A stretch of 53,551 bases of DNA, the filler included, from Sluysia triapertura (lineage: Eukaryota), in NCBI GenBank assembly GCA_046118255.1. It is 4 parts of 4 records of this genome, joined end to end, with 100 filler letters (N's around TTAATTAATTAA, not from the genome) between each part and the next. Parts side by side here need not be neighbours in the genome. Positions count along the whole stretch, not along the records: positions 11,629 to 27,689 come from JBJNIA010211476.1; 3 more parts are not named here. One strand, written 5' to 3'. Under the pieces are notes generated by a model. The model was not told the DNA's origin. It did not search any database and worked only from the letters and a program-made list of their open reading frames with translations. Within the stretch, counting starts at the first letter, position 1. Each line of letters starts with the position of its first letter. Positions 12,622-25,586 of the stretch are shown here, piece after piece. A program made the translations under genes and the position numbers.

Positions 12622-15600
12622 AATGTTACCAGTTCTATGGTACAAATACCGTAATATTTATCTATTCATTTTTAGACTATAATAATTATGTATTTAATTA
12701 TTTTTTATTTCAATTATTATTTATGGAATTATTATACTATTTATTATTAAAAATAGTTAATAGTATGAAATATTTTGTGAATAAAAATTGAAATATTTTA
12801 TATTAGCACTATTTAACAATTTTTATAAAATAACAAAACATACTTTTTGCCTGACTGTAATAATACTGATTTTACTATTAAAAATAAATATAGATGCTTG
12901 GTTTCCTGTTGTTTTAAAACAGTTATTAATTAAATAGAATTTACATTAACATAGTAAAATATTTGTTTCGGATAAGCATAATTGTGGGATCAATAAAATA
13001 AATAAAAGTTGTATTATTAAATAAACACTACAAATAACTCTTGTTGGATAAAGATTAAATTTACATTTCTAGTTTCACACTATTCAGATATTGTACCTAA
13101 ACTTGCGAAAGTAATAATAATATAATATAATTTAATTTTTAATAACTTTAAATCCAACACTGAGAAAATCAAAATAAGATTTAACCATAATTATAATAGT
13201 CTGTACCAAAATTAACACAAATTAGCATTTATTACAAATAAATGTAAATCAAAAACAAAAATTCACAAAAAAATATTGAATCAATGCAAAAATAAGTAAT
13301 AACAATGACCTTAGACGGTGTATGATTTTTTGTTCACGATCTCACTTAGAAATTAGAAGCTACATCAGCTCGTTTGTGTAGTAAATTTTTAATCTCATTT
13401 AACCCTATAATCTATAACAAATAACACACACTTAATCCCTGTGTTGCCACTAAAGCCGACATTCATTAGTCAAACCAAGTAAGATTAGGTCTCACAAGTT
13501 TGTCAAGTTCCTTCTCTTATAAATTTGACTAATTAACCTTATACTTTTTATATTTTTTTAATAAAGACATCTCACTTTAAAATAACATTTGTCACTTAAT
13601 TTTAGACATGATTTTCTTTAATTTCAATATCCTCTAACAGAGAAAAATCATTTTCAACGCGTAATGCGTCAACATTGTTATATTGATTAAATAAATATCA
13701 TATTGAGAGTCGTTCCCTCATAATGATTCATTCTATATGTGTTTCTAGTTTATCTGGTTATTCTGTGATACATAATTCCTTGACAACACTTTTCCAAAAA
13801 ATATCACTTCATTCCAAAGTTATTTTACAAAACGTATTTTAATTAAATTAATTACATGTACTTTTATCAATTTTATAATTAAAACACTATTTCATTACCA
13901 TCTTTCGCGTCGCATGAAATTTATCCACTAATTATCTTTACTACAATTAATTTTTATTACTATTTCAATTATTATTAATAATATTATCACTAATTACGTT
14001 ATTAAATTATTAATAAAATATCGATTTATCTATAAAATATCGATTGTAGCTATGTTGTGTCTTTAAAAATTATTAACTATGATAAATCAATATTAATTCA
14101 ATTAGCTTTAAAGGAATCTCTATTATCCAAGTAATAAATAAATCAAGTTTAATTTTTCAAAAATTCTCTTATTTAATATCAATAATTATTCACCCCAAAA
14201 TTAATCTGTTTGAAATCAAATCAAAATAACACAATAAATTAGTATTAAAAAGAAATCAAAATACAATCTAGTAATGCTTTAAATCTCTACTAAACAATAT
14301 TCGAACTGGCTAAAAAGGACAAGATTAATAATGTTTATAATAATATGAAGAACACTACAATATAACTAAAGAAACCAAGAGTGACGCAACAAACAAAAGA
14401 ATAAATTGCAAATATTAAAATCCCTTAAAAATAAATCTAATATTTTAAAATAAATTATAACGGGAATCTCCCATAGATTCAATAGTAGCCCTACAAAAAA
14501 ATGATAATAATAATCAAATTAATAATAAAAAATAATAATATTACAATAATCAAATAAAATACGAAATCCTCATCAAAAGTATGGATTTTCTCAATAAGCC
14601 CTGTTTTCTTGTAGTGTAATTGTGCAATTGTGTAATTGTAAATTTAAATATTTTTATTTTATACTCTATCATCATCAAATTAGTCTTAAGTCTCATAATC
14701 AAACACTCTCTCACGCAAATCATCCAAACCTCTTTGAGAATCAGACCGACAATAACAACTTTGACAACTACACGGTACGGTCTGTCACACTTCATTAGGT
14801 ACAAAACATAGAAATCTGATTTAATATCAACCATCATTTCCTTTTATTCCACTCAATCTATTTTTACTTAAATTACTTCTCATATTAAAATGACAATCAG
14901 CAACACTATTAACATACATAAAAATAATGAATTTAATTTCACTTTCTATTATTTAATTAATTTCTTATTTTTTACACCAAATTTTCTAATGAAAAATGTT
15001 TTAAGCTTCTTATTCTCAAACTAACCATTTTACAAACATCTCGAACTCACTTATAGATTCTCCTCTTTCATAGCAATCATCTCATATTTCATTTATCACA
15101 TTTGCATCACTCTAAGTGTAAAAAAAATCAACATTCCATAATTAAAAATTAATTAAAATTTGATTTTGCTCAATATTAAGGCTTCCCTTGCATGAACTCG
15201 GTCAAACCATATCTTCATCGAAAGGTCTTTTCAAAACAAATACATAAACAGTTTCAAATTCAACATAGAATTCCTCATTTAAAAGTTATTCACAAAAACA
15301 TACTTTTTCTTAATTAAGTTAATTAAGATTTTAATTAATTAATTTATTTTTAGACTTTAATTAATTTATTTTAAAGGTTTTATTGAGGTTCTAAAGTTAT
15401 TTGATAGTTTATCAGGCATTCAGGAGGCTCTAGATGTTTTCATCTTCACCTCTGTGATTCCTTTTTCTACTTCTTCATGTTAATTATTACTATGTTAAAC
15501 TTATCTTTATTATCTTGAACTATTATATTGAAATATTTTATTTCTCAAATATTTCAAAGATTTTAAATACTTTATAAGATTATTAAACGATCTCAAATGC

Positions 15601-16922
15601 TTATAGATGCTTCAAGAATACTTAAAGGTTAATAAGGTCTTAAATGATCTAAAGGTTCTAAAGTTCGAAGGTACCTTAATGCTTCTAAAGGTTTTTCAAG
15701 TCCATCTCAGGCTTTCATAAGGTCTCGAACACTTATATAGGTCTTTGGAATATTAAGATATTCTTTAGCTGTTAAGATTATTATAAATGTGTTTTCTCTT
15801 TCATGATTATTATTTCAACAATGTTTATAATACTTCATCTATCACTTCACATCAATTCTTCCTTTATTTGTAATTCTATGTCTTACTCTTCTCCAAGTCT
15901 AAATTTGGACAATCCCAACATAGGTATTATCCGACTAATATCAATAATCCATAATTCAATATTAATTTCAGTTGAAATTTCATTAATCACGGATATCGAG
16001 TCGCCTAAAACTATCATAAAATAGTGAACTTTGCGCGGAAATAGTTCTTATCCAAAACATAAACGTGATGAGATTATCCAGCTCTGGAATGTGAGATGAG
16101 TAAATACATAAATACATGAATAAGATTCATGTATTGAAAAATGCAGGAAGAGTTGATACATAATAAAACATTGTTAGAGTAAGAATGATAAGAAAAGAAA
16201 AGTACGCTTGTGGGGTGTAGAGATTCTTGAGTTCAGTGTTCATAAATTACATCATTATATATAAGGCCAGTTCATGTGTAAAGAACATACACAAAGTTAT
16301 TGGTTAAAAATAATTTTCAAACAATTTTAAATTAATAAATGTAGTTATACACTTTAGAAAATGCTGATCTATTTAATCTTCAAACTATGACATCCTTATG
16401 TTCACTTTATCCTCTAACAACCCCAACATATCAGCCTTAATTTTATTCTACAATATAACTACATACTATAGCTACATTCAAATCACGTTTACTATTGATT
16501 TGTGTTTGCACTTCATTCCTTAGCTAATTAAGTATAGTAGACTCCATTCTTTGTTGTTATTTTTCTTTTGTCTTGTGAATGTATTTTCGAATTTCTGCCT
16601 TTTTCTTAGTTATTGAGCAATTTATTTAAATTATAGAATATTTACTTTTATTGATTTTACGAAATATTTATTTTACAAATGTTATTTATTATTAATATTT
16701 ATTAATAATATTAATAAATATATTATAAATCAGTTTTAACTATTGTCTTAAGACAATTAATAAAAATATAAATATTATTTGTGTATTATTTTATTTTAAT
16801 TTACAATAAATATTAATTTTAGTTAAATAAATTAATGAAAGACTTTCAAAAACACAATATTTATTTAGGAAAATAAACAAAAGTAAAGATAATCATAGAT
16901 TGAATATATATAAATTGAATAT

Positions 16923-18241
16923 TTAATTCATAGTTTCTGTAGTATTGGAAATAGGTTGAGGTGTTAGATCGAATTCGGGTGTTGGTTGTAATCCCAGAAT
17001 TTTCAAGAATTGAAAATATGACCAAACAAAAGATGGTGTGACATTTAAGTATTTTTTCAAACCTTCGCTTTCTATTCGTAAACCACGTGAAAAACGAAGT
17101 CTTGCTTCCAGTAAAGCTTTTTCACGAAGTTGTTGTTGCAATAATCGTTGTGCTTCTTCTAGTGCCCTTTGTGCCTCTTCTTCTTCTAATCGTCTATAAA
17201 TGTTTTATATATTTATATTTTCAATATAAATAAGAAGTCTTTTAATATTAATTTAATTGTAATCGAATGATATTAATTTATTTTCGCTTTTAAGTACATA
17301 TCTTACAACTGATTAGGATTCTAAATCGAAAATTATTTTGGGTTTTTTATTTAGAAATGAAATAGAAAATGTTAACCTGAGTCAAGAACATCAAGAGTAG
17401 AATTCAAATTCATTTTATAAATGCTTATGTTATGGAATTTCTCATTATTCCGTACAACAATCGCTATATCTTTGAGATATAACAATTTATACATGATACG
17501 CAGTAATAAAAGATAAATGATATGTTATGTACTGTTTATGCAATATCATTGGAAAATAATAAAATATTCAAGACTGTAATTTTGAGAGAACTTATTATTA
17601 TTATTATTATAAAATTTAATTATTTTAATGCTTCTTATATGAACCATTCAAATTAACTTTAAAATTATTACCGTTACCTACATTGTTACTGCTGTTTTTA
17701 AAATTTAAGATTATTATTGAAATAAATTTTATATCATTATTTTAAATTATCAATAATCAATGATTCTTATTCACTTAAAAGTTATTCAAACTTTATTAAA
17801 ATCTATACGTAATAATATTTGTTAACAATCTGTGACTTTTAACATTCCGTCTACCAATGAACTTCAAGACTTTTTGTATGAATCTATTTAATGAAAAAAT
17901 AAACTTTGTTATTTAATTGGTCCAATGGACTCGCATGGTACCTTTTTTTGTAAACCGAAGGTTAATTATTTAAACTTTCACAACACTTTAACCAGTATAA
18001 AATGTTATCTTTACCCCTGAAGTCGTGGTGATGTCAGAAATGGTATGGTTAATAAAAATTTTCTTCATTCTCAAAATCTATTCTAAAATAATTCGACCTA
18101 CATAAATTAAAAGTACACATTTTAAAAGGTGAGTTTAATGTATTTCAATTTAGATTTATTACTTACCTGACAAGTTTATGTCACGAAATCTGATATTTCA
18201 CTTCTTCTTAAGGGAACCGTCATAAACTTTTTTGAGATTAT

Positions 18242-18297
<56 letters not shown>

Positions 18298-21247
18298 TTC
18301 TCCACGTTTAATGTCTCTTTATAGATAATTTTTTCGATATAATAGTTAATTTTATTCTATAATATTCATTATATTGAATTATTTATGTTTATTAGTGCTT
18401 GTTCTTCATTTCTATTTTAATTCACTAGCTCCATTCTTCATTATTGTTATTCTATTTTCGTTTTAATTTTTCTTCTACGTTCTTTTTGAAATATTTGCAA
18501 AAGGTTTTTCTTGAGATTACTAAAGTACTAGGATTATGAAAAAACTATAATATAAAAGAAATTATAATATTAATTTATATAAATTATAATTATAAAAATC
18601 TTAATTATATTAATTATAACAATAAATTTACCTTTTCTCTTCTTCTTCGAGTCGCCGACGTTCTTCTTCTTCGGCTTTTCGTTTCAAATATTCGATTCGT
18701 TCTTCTTCTTGCATTCTAGATAATAATTCATTTTCTATTCGAATTCGTTCAGCTTCTTCTGCTTCTAATCTGGCTTTTTCTTCTAAAAAGTATTATCAAT
18801 TTTATAAAGGTTTTTAGAATACCAAATAAATAAAATTACTTCAATTTTTAATTAAATTAATTAAACAATTCGAATGTTATAAGAAGAAAATATTGTAGCA
18901 CAACCCGTGGAAATTTTTCTTATGAAATGACTTTAAATGGCATTGGACTTTTTAATTGCGAAAAAATAATGCAACACCTTATCGAAATATGATAAGGCAG
19001 ACTCGCCACACATTTGCTCAAAAGCAAAAACTGATACGTGCACATATGCGGATGTGTTAATCAATTGAATTCGGAATGCAACAAAGATTTCATGTTAAAC
19101 GTAAAAACCTTTAAATAACGAAGACATTGGAAATTAAATCACCATTATGTTGGGGTAAAAGGCCTAAAGTGCCACGATAGTAATATTGACTATGAACAAA
19201 TAAAATTGTTAGACGGGGCTGATAGTTCAGTGGGTAAAATAAAAGTTTTCAGTACACTTCATCGATCCCTGGTGAGTCCATTTTATGAAGTCGAGCAAGT
19301 ATATCAGCATAAATAAAAAATTGTTAAACCCAGTATTGGAACGACATGAAAATGTGTGAAAAGTAACACCAACTTGAAATAAATCATATATTAATTGTAA
19401 ATCTAGAAAAATAAAAATTATTTTTGGTCGAAAAAATAATTTTACTTAAAAATTTACTTTTCAAAAATACAAAACTAATAATAAAATCAACTATAGATAT
19501 ATAAATTTTATAAAACTTTATTATAATAATAATAATTATTAATTTATTAATATGCCAAGTGAACAATTAACAAATGCTACCCAAAGAACTAAGATTAATA
19601 ATTGGAATACTCTTGGATCCGTTTGTTCAAAATCAGAAAATTAAATGTTATTTTGAAACATACAAATGAATATATTATACCTTCTGAGATCTTTGTGATG
19701 CTTTGTTTAGATTTTATCAAAAAACAAAATTACAGAAATAATGAAATACATTCGATTTGATGACAAGAGTCAAGTACTTCGGAAACCTCAAGTTCTTACA
19801 TTTTATCCCACTTTTAACGTATACAAACAACAAATTCAAGTTTATTCACGATGTCTAAAAATTTGACAAGTTTGGAATAATAATATATTATCAAGCACAA
19901 GTACTATCCTTTCTATTCCAGTTATTCTCAATAATGATAAGAGAAAGCGTAATAAAAATATCTGTACTTTATTACTTTAAAATTTAGCTGTAATAAAAAT
20001 GTAATAATAAAAATAACATTTTGTGGGGATTTACAAATCCAAGGATTGTTTTTTTAAACATAACACAGATATTTGAGATATTCCTTTACTATCACAAAAA
20101 TATGAAAGAATGATTGCCTTAGTACAGAAATAATGGATGAGATAGTTAGAGTGTTATATACATATTAAAAAACATATCAAATCCAACATCTGGAGTGACG
20201 TGGAAAAGGAATTATTGGATTGTAATTTGTTACGAGTGACAAGTACGACGTATAGTAAGATTTATTAAAAATTTAAAATGAAATAAACACTTTCGAAATT
20301 TAGGAAAATAATTATAACACTAACCAAGCCTTTTTTGATCTTCAAGGGCTTTTTTAGCACGTGCTTCTTCTAATTTTCTTAAATATTCTTCACGTTCCAA
20401 TCGTTCACGTTCTATTTGTCTTTCTTGCAAATATTTTTGTCGTTTTTCTGCTTCTTCTGCTTCTTCTCGTTCACGTTTTTCTCGCTCAAGTTTCTCTCGA
20501 ATTTCATTTTCTATTCTAAGTTGTTCTTCTTCTAATCTTTGACGCATTTCTTCCTCTTTTTCACGACGTGCTATTTCAAGCCGTCGTGCTTCATCCTTTT
20601 CTTTTCGCATACGTTCGATTTCTTGTTTTGGTTTTTCCGCTTCAGCGATTCATTTTGCTTGTCTTTGTTGTTGTAGAAACATTCGACGTTCTTTTGAAGT
20701 GTCTTCGTGTCCACTTTCATCATTTTGAGTAGACTAATAAACGAAAATTATTTATCAACATTTTATACTGTAGTATAGTTTATTACAACATAAATGTGTA
20801 AGGATATGGTAGACTACAAGAAATTAGAGACAATGGCTATATGAAGATTGAAATGAAGCTGTTTTGGAGCTGCAATTAGATTACGATGTTAGACGGCCAC
20901 GAAAACTTAGATTTCACAAAAGAATGTAATACGTAAAATGAAGCAACGCAAAATAAAGAGTTCGGTAGGTTAAGTAAAATAATGTCTTTGTTGTCCAGAT
21001 TCACAAAAATGTGTGCAATTTGCCATTCGGTTTCATTAGACACTTTAAAGATGAAATAAGTTGATTATTTATTTAGTAAAGGAAATTTTTGCAGAAATAT
21101 TCAGTCAATATTTAATTCAATATTGCAATAAAGGCTATTAGGTATGTCTGGTTGAAGGTATTTACTATAGAATATTATTGAATATAATATAATATTATAT
21201 AATACAATGCGTACAGATATTTTAATGAGGATGTGAAATACGGAAAT

Positions 21248-21292
<45 letters not shown>

Positions 21293-21524
21293 TAATGATA
21301 AAAAGATATTAAATCAAACGAACGTCATCCTCGATGATTAGTAATTGTTCTTCTGCTGATATACTTTGAAAGCGACCATGATTTTCGACACTAACAGGTC
21401 CATCTGAAGAGAATTCTCTTGTGATGTGTATATCAGCAGAATTATCTTTGGTTAATTCACATTCACCATCTTTAGTATCATATTGATTAGGTTTATGAGA
21501 TAATGTAATAGTTTCTGATTTTTC
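16923..21524 (-). CDS. KIAA2012-like (DUF4670-type) Glu/Arg-rich coiled-coil protein, 5'-partial; exons 21524-21324, 20733-20325, 18782-18632, 17193-16923; in-frame TGA at 20652-20650
   Basis: Four GT-AG exons with compatible phases (0,1,2). E/R/K-rich helix MQEEERIEYLKRKAEEEE. C-terminal ESEGL...VTPSFVWSYFQFL resembles my recollection of the KIAA2012 end (EASGL..NISRPWVYSYFQFL). Confidence 0.7.
18243..18296. repeat. (TAA)n microsatellite
   Basis: Perfect TAA run in intron. Confidence 0.95.
19148..19297 (+). mobile_element. tRNA-containing dispersed repeat, copy 3 (diverged)
   Basis: TGTTGGGGTAAAAGGCCTAAAGTGCCA...TGTTAGACGGGGCTGATAGTTCAGTGG...TCGATCCCTGGTGAGTCCATTTTATGAAGTC. Confidence 0.75.
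21250..21293. repeat. (TAA)n microsatellite
   Basis: TAA run. Confidence 0.9.
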
Positions 21525-21738
21525 CTGAAAGAAAAATATCAATGAAAATCGACCATTTTCTCTGGATTTTCTTTTTTTATTGCATTAGTAGAATTCACAA
21601 TTATAGATAAATTTTCTTACATTTTTTACTTTAAACAATATCATTTGTGAGGAATTCCGGAGAAAACTACGGGATACAAAGAAAATCTTATCAAATGTTG
21701 CCTGATCAATTTCATATCAAAAGGAAAATGTTTACCAC

Positions 21739-22556
21739 TTAAACCATCGGTAATAACTACACCAATTTTACAAGTTTAAATTCGCGTTTTAATGATAGAG
21801 TTAATTTTATTTTTCTTTGATGGGTTTAAGAAAATGATAGGTCGTTTTAATGGAAACTTCATAAAACTTGTGTAAAATGAAACAATCTAAGTGATATATT
21901 TCTAATTTAGTAATGGTCTTGGTATATAAATCTTGCATAAAATTATCTGAAATACCAGATTTTAACCTTATAGTTTTAGGAAAAATCTTCGAATATTTTT
22001 CTTCGAATTTGAAATCGTTGAATTAATATATGCACTTCACATAAGAGGATTTGTGGAAATTTATAAAGAAAACTATGTTTGTCCGTTCAAGTATGAAATG
22101 ATTTATCGATTATAATTCTACACTGAAACTTTAATTTTTCTGGAAAATGTTTCACTAAAACGATTCAGAAAAAGTGGTTGTAAAAATATTCCTCTTGTAC
22201 AGTTGAGTATGCGAAATTTTATTTATGTTAGCGCTTTACTATATCTGTTGTATACAGTATGATTACGTCTACTCCGTACTTAGAATTATGGATAGATAAT
22301 TTACTAGTCTCGTCACTTCATTAGTGTTATTTTTATACCATCAACTTCTTGCATCCGCGCTTCGATGATTCAGACAGTGATGAAAAAGAATACTTAAGTG
22401 AAACAGAGAGTAGTGATCATAGTAATACTAGCAGTGACAATGATGAAGAAACAGTGATCCGGAGATTTACTTGGCGAAATGTGAACAATTTTACAACATG
22501 ATTTTTTGCATCATGAGAGTGCTATATTGCGAAATATACCTGCACCGAAGGGTTTA
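21739..22556 (+). mobile_element. possible non-autonomous piggyBac-like remnant
   Basis: Ends ttaaaccatcggt and accgaagggttta form an imperfect inverted pair. Internal acidic frame FDDSDSDEKEYLSETESSD...FTW is typical of piggyBac transposase N-termini. Confidence 0.4.
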
Positions 22557-22837
22557 TTAGGATGATTTATCTTGCTCATTTTTTGCTAAATCTCATTTTC
22601 CATTTAACTTATTTTTATCTTTAATATTACTATTGATATCAGCCAAATCATGATTTGAGACTTTTACATTACGATCAGCATTCCTTTTACCAGCATATTA
22701 TTTACCGTTCTGCATCCTTCTTCAAGTAATTAAGTCATTCAGTGAGATTTTTAATTTCTCGAATAAAATTTTTTATTGAATGTTTTATTTTTAATATATT
22801 AGATTAATTATAGATTTTTGAAAAATAAATTTTAAAA

Positions 22838-23134
22838 ATGAACCTATCTAAAATAGTAGGTCCAAAATTTAATGAAAATCAGAAAAGTGATTTCAAACTT
22901 ACTGAATTTGAAACATCTACTAACAAAAAAATAATAGAAACAAGAGACCTTAAAATTGATGAAAATGAATTAGTAAAAAGTAACCAACATTCAGCAGCGG
23001 GTTACGGTGGAAATGTAAAAGATTGGCTAAATTCAAAAAATTTAAAACATTCAGTTGAACTTTTCGCTCCAGTCATCAGAAATAGAAATGAGATAATAAA
23101 ACTTGGACGCTTATTACTACTATATTCTTATATT
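22838..23134 (+). CDS. unidentified short ORF / possible first exon
   Basis: ATG in aaaATG context, 99 codons to a gtaagt donor at 23135; acceptor tttcag at 23226 would add DLDLV*. Weak SAM-like VKDWLNSKNL....LF. Confidence 0.3.
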
Positions 23135-24970
23135 GTAAGTACATTTTTACGTTTTTCTTTAATGTTTTATTGTTATAAATAAAGTTTCAAATTTCGTCGT
23201 TTTTGTTAAATTGTTATTTTTTTCAGGACCTAGACCTAGTTTAGTAATTCATAAATTTAATAGTTTGTTAATGGTTATAAAATTAAAATTAAAATGTTCT
23301 TATTTAGATCAAATTTTAAACTTATCTAATAAAAAATAAAAATATATTTTCATTTTTCTAATAATTTTTGTGCAATTAAAAAATTAAGTAAAAATAATTT
23401 TAATTCAATATTTACGAAACTTAAAAAGCCCTCTCCACAATGTGTATGTAAAGACATATACAAATAAACTGCCATTAGCAAATAAGGAAGTCATAGAGAA
23501 AAGTCATTACAAAAAGATTATTCGCGGCTCCATCCGGCTCGTTGGCATTGAATTCATTGTCAATTTATTTATTTCAAACTCATCCTTCCACATATTGTGC
23601 AATTCCCGCGTATTCGATTAGAGGGAATACTGTTAACTCTCACAGAGCTAAAAAATCAACTCAAAATACTGTTTTTCACGGTTGGTCATTAAGGCCAATC
23701 ATAAAATCAAACTAAAATAAAAAATCTTAAATATTTAGTTGGCCCTTAAGGTCATTTATAAAATTCGTATTATAGGGTAGAGTTTTATTTAGCTAGACCC
23801 TTATTATAATTCAACTATTATTGTTATTATCAATTTATCATATATAATATTTTTTTATTATTAATATTCATTTATGTTGAATTTTTATAAAGTTATATTA
23901 ATATTATATATTTTGGTGTAATAAAAAAATATTAAGATTTTTGAATCTTTTTATTACTTAAATTGAGTTTATAGTTGCTCTATTTTTCGAATAATTTACG
24001 ATTAAATATAGAATATATTGGTTGTAATATTAACTCATTAAATTTTAAAGATTCTATCAGTCATTATATTAGAATTTAAAGATATAAGAGACAACACGTT
24101 TTTATACCACCACTATTTACTTGATTTTTATACTAATTCAGATAATCCAGAAGCTAGCGTTGGTCTTAATTAGTTTTTTAAGTTATTTATTGTTAATTGA
24201 CATAAACGACGATTTTGTCATTATTGTACGATTTATTTTGATAATTGTTTTCATGTAATTTTACATGTACGCCATTAGTAAGTAGTATACTGTAAACGGA
24301 CTGAGAATAATAATTTATTTTGCTGTAGGTTAGGTTTTTAGATTAAGAAAACTCCCAGCACAATCTTACCCATTTGTGCAATATTGTATTTAAATTTTCG
24401 AAGCGATAAATAATTATCGTTCAAAATTATTATTTGTTTCGCTATACATGATAACAGCTTTCTTAGCCAACAACTCAGAAGCACAAGTTTGCAAATGCGA
24501 TCGTTTAAAATTTTTTTCTAAGTTTTTATTTACATAACTTTCTTAGCTAAGTTTTTTATTTCCATATGAAAAAAATAAATGCAATTGTCATCAGGATACG
24601 AAATAACTTTCATACCTTTAAAAAAGTGTGAAACGTTAAATTAATTTGTTTTTAGTAACATGAAATAAAAGATAATTATTGATATTAAAACACCTTAATT
24701 AACATGTTATTTATATAGTCCAAGGTTAAACTTGAAATTTAATTGAACATTGTTTATCGTTTTGTTTATACTAAAACCAACTAAAAAATTTTCTAATAAA
24801 TAAATGGGAAAGATATTTTTTTATTAAAATGTTTAATAACGTTTTTTGAACATCATAACGCCATTATATTATTTTGATTTTGAATTCGAGAAAAATAAAA
24901 AACAATCTATATATAAAAACGATAAAAGTGAAAAACCTAAAAAAATATCTAAAAGTTATCAACAATGACA

Positions 24971-25290
24971 TCAATTATATTCAGTTTCAACAACCCATTC
25001 ATAAGCTTCTTGAAACATAGAAAACCAAGGTGACATATCAGAATTATCAATATTCAATGTAGCTGCGTAAGACCATTGGCACCAACGAATACAACGTTCT
25101 GGGTGTGGCATTAAAGCTAAATGACGGCCATTTGCAGACACTAAACCGGCAATGTTAGCAAGAGAACCATTAGGATTGTATGGATATGGAAGAGGTCTTA
25201 AATATTGATCAACGCTGTCAACAGTGAATCCAGGTTTTGTATATAACATTGATATTTGGTTATTATGAATAAAGTGATTCAAATGAACCT

Positions 25291-25322
<32 letters not shown>

Positions 25323-25586
25323 ATATTATTATTATTATTAGAAAATATGTAAAAAGGCTAACTGGATTATCTATACGAAATCTACCTTCACCATGAGCAA
25401 CCCAAATACCAAGACTAGATCCAACTAATTTCCGTAATAAAATAGACTTAGTATCTAGTGGAATATAAACCACACTAAATCGAGACTCAAACCGACCAGA
25501 TTCATTTTCTTCTAATCGAATAGGAGTTGGATTGCTAGAGTTAAGACTAGGTTTTGTTGGTGTGCTTGATTCCATTGTTATCCAAC
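24971..25586 (-). CDS. PFAS: phosphoribosylformylglycinamidine synthase (FGAM synthase), last two exons 25586-25363 and 25288-24971
   Basis: GW...[45 protein letters not shown] (catalytic His-Glu), SPW..MF. 74-nt phase-0 intron (gttagc...attaag). Confidence 0.93.
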
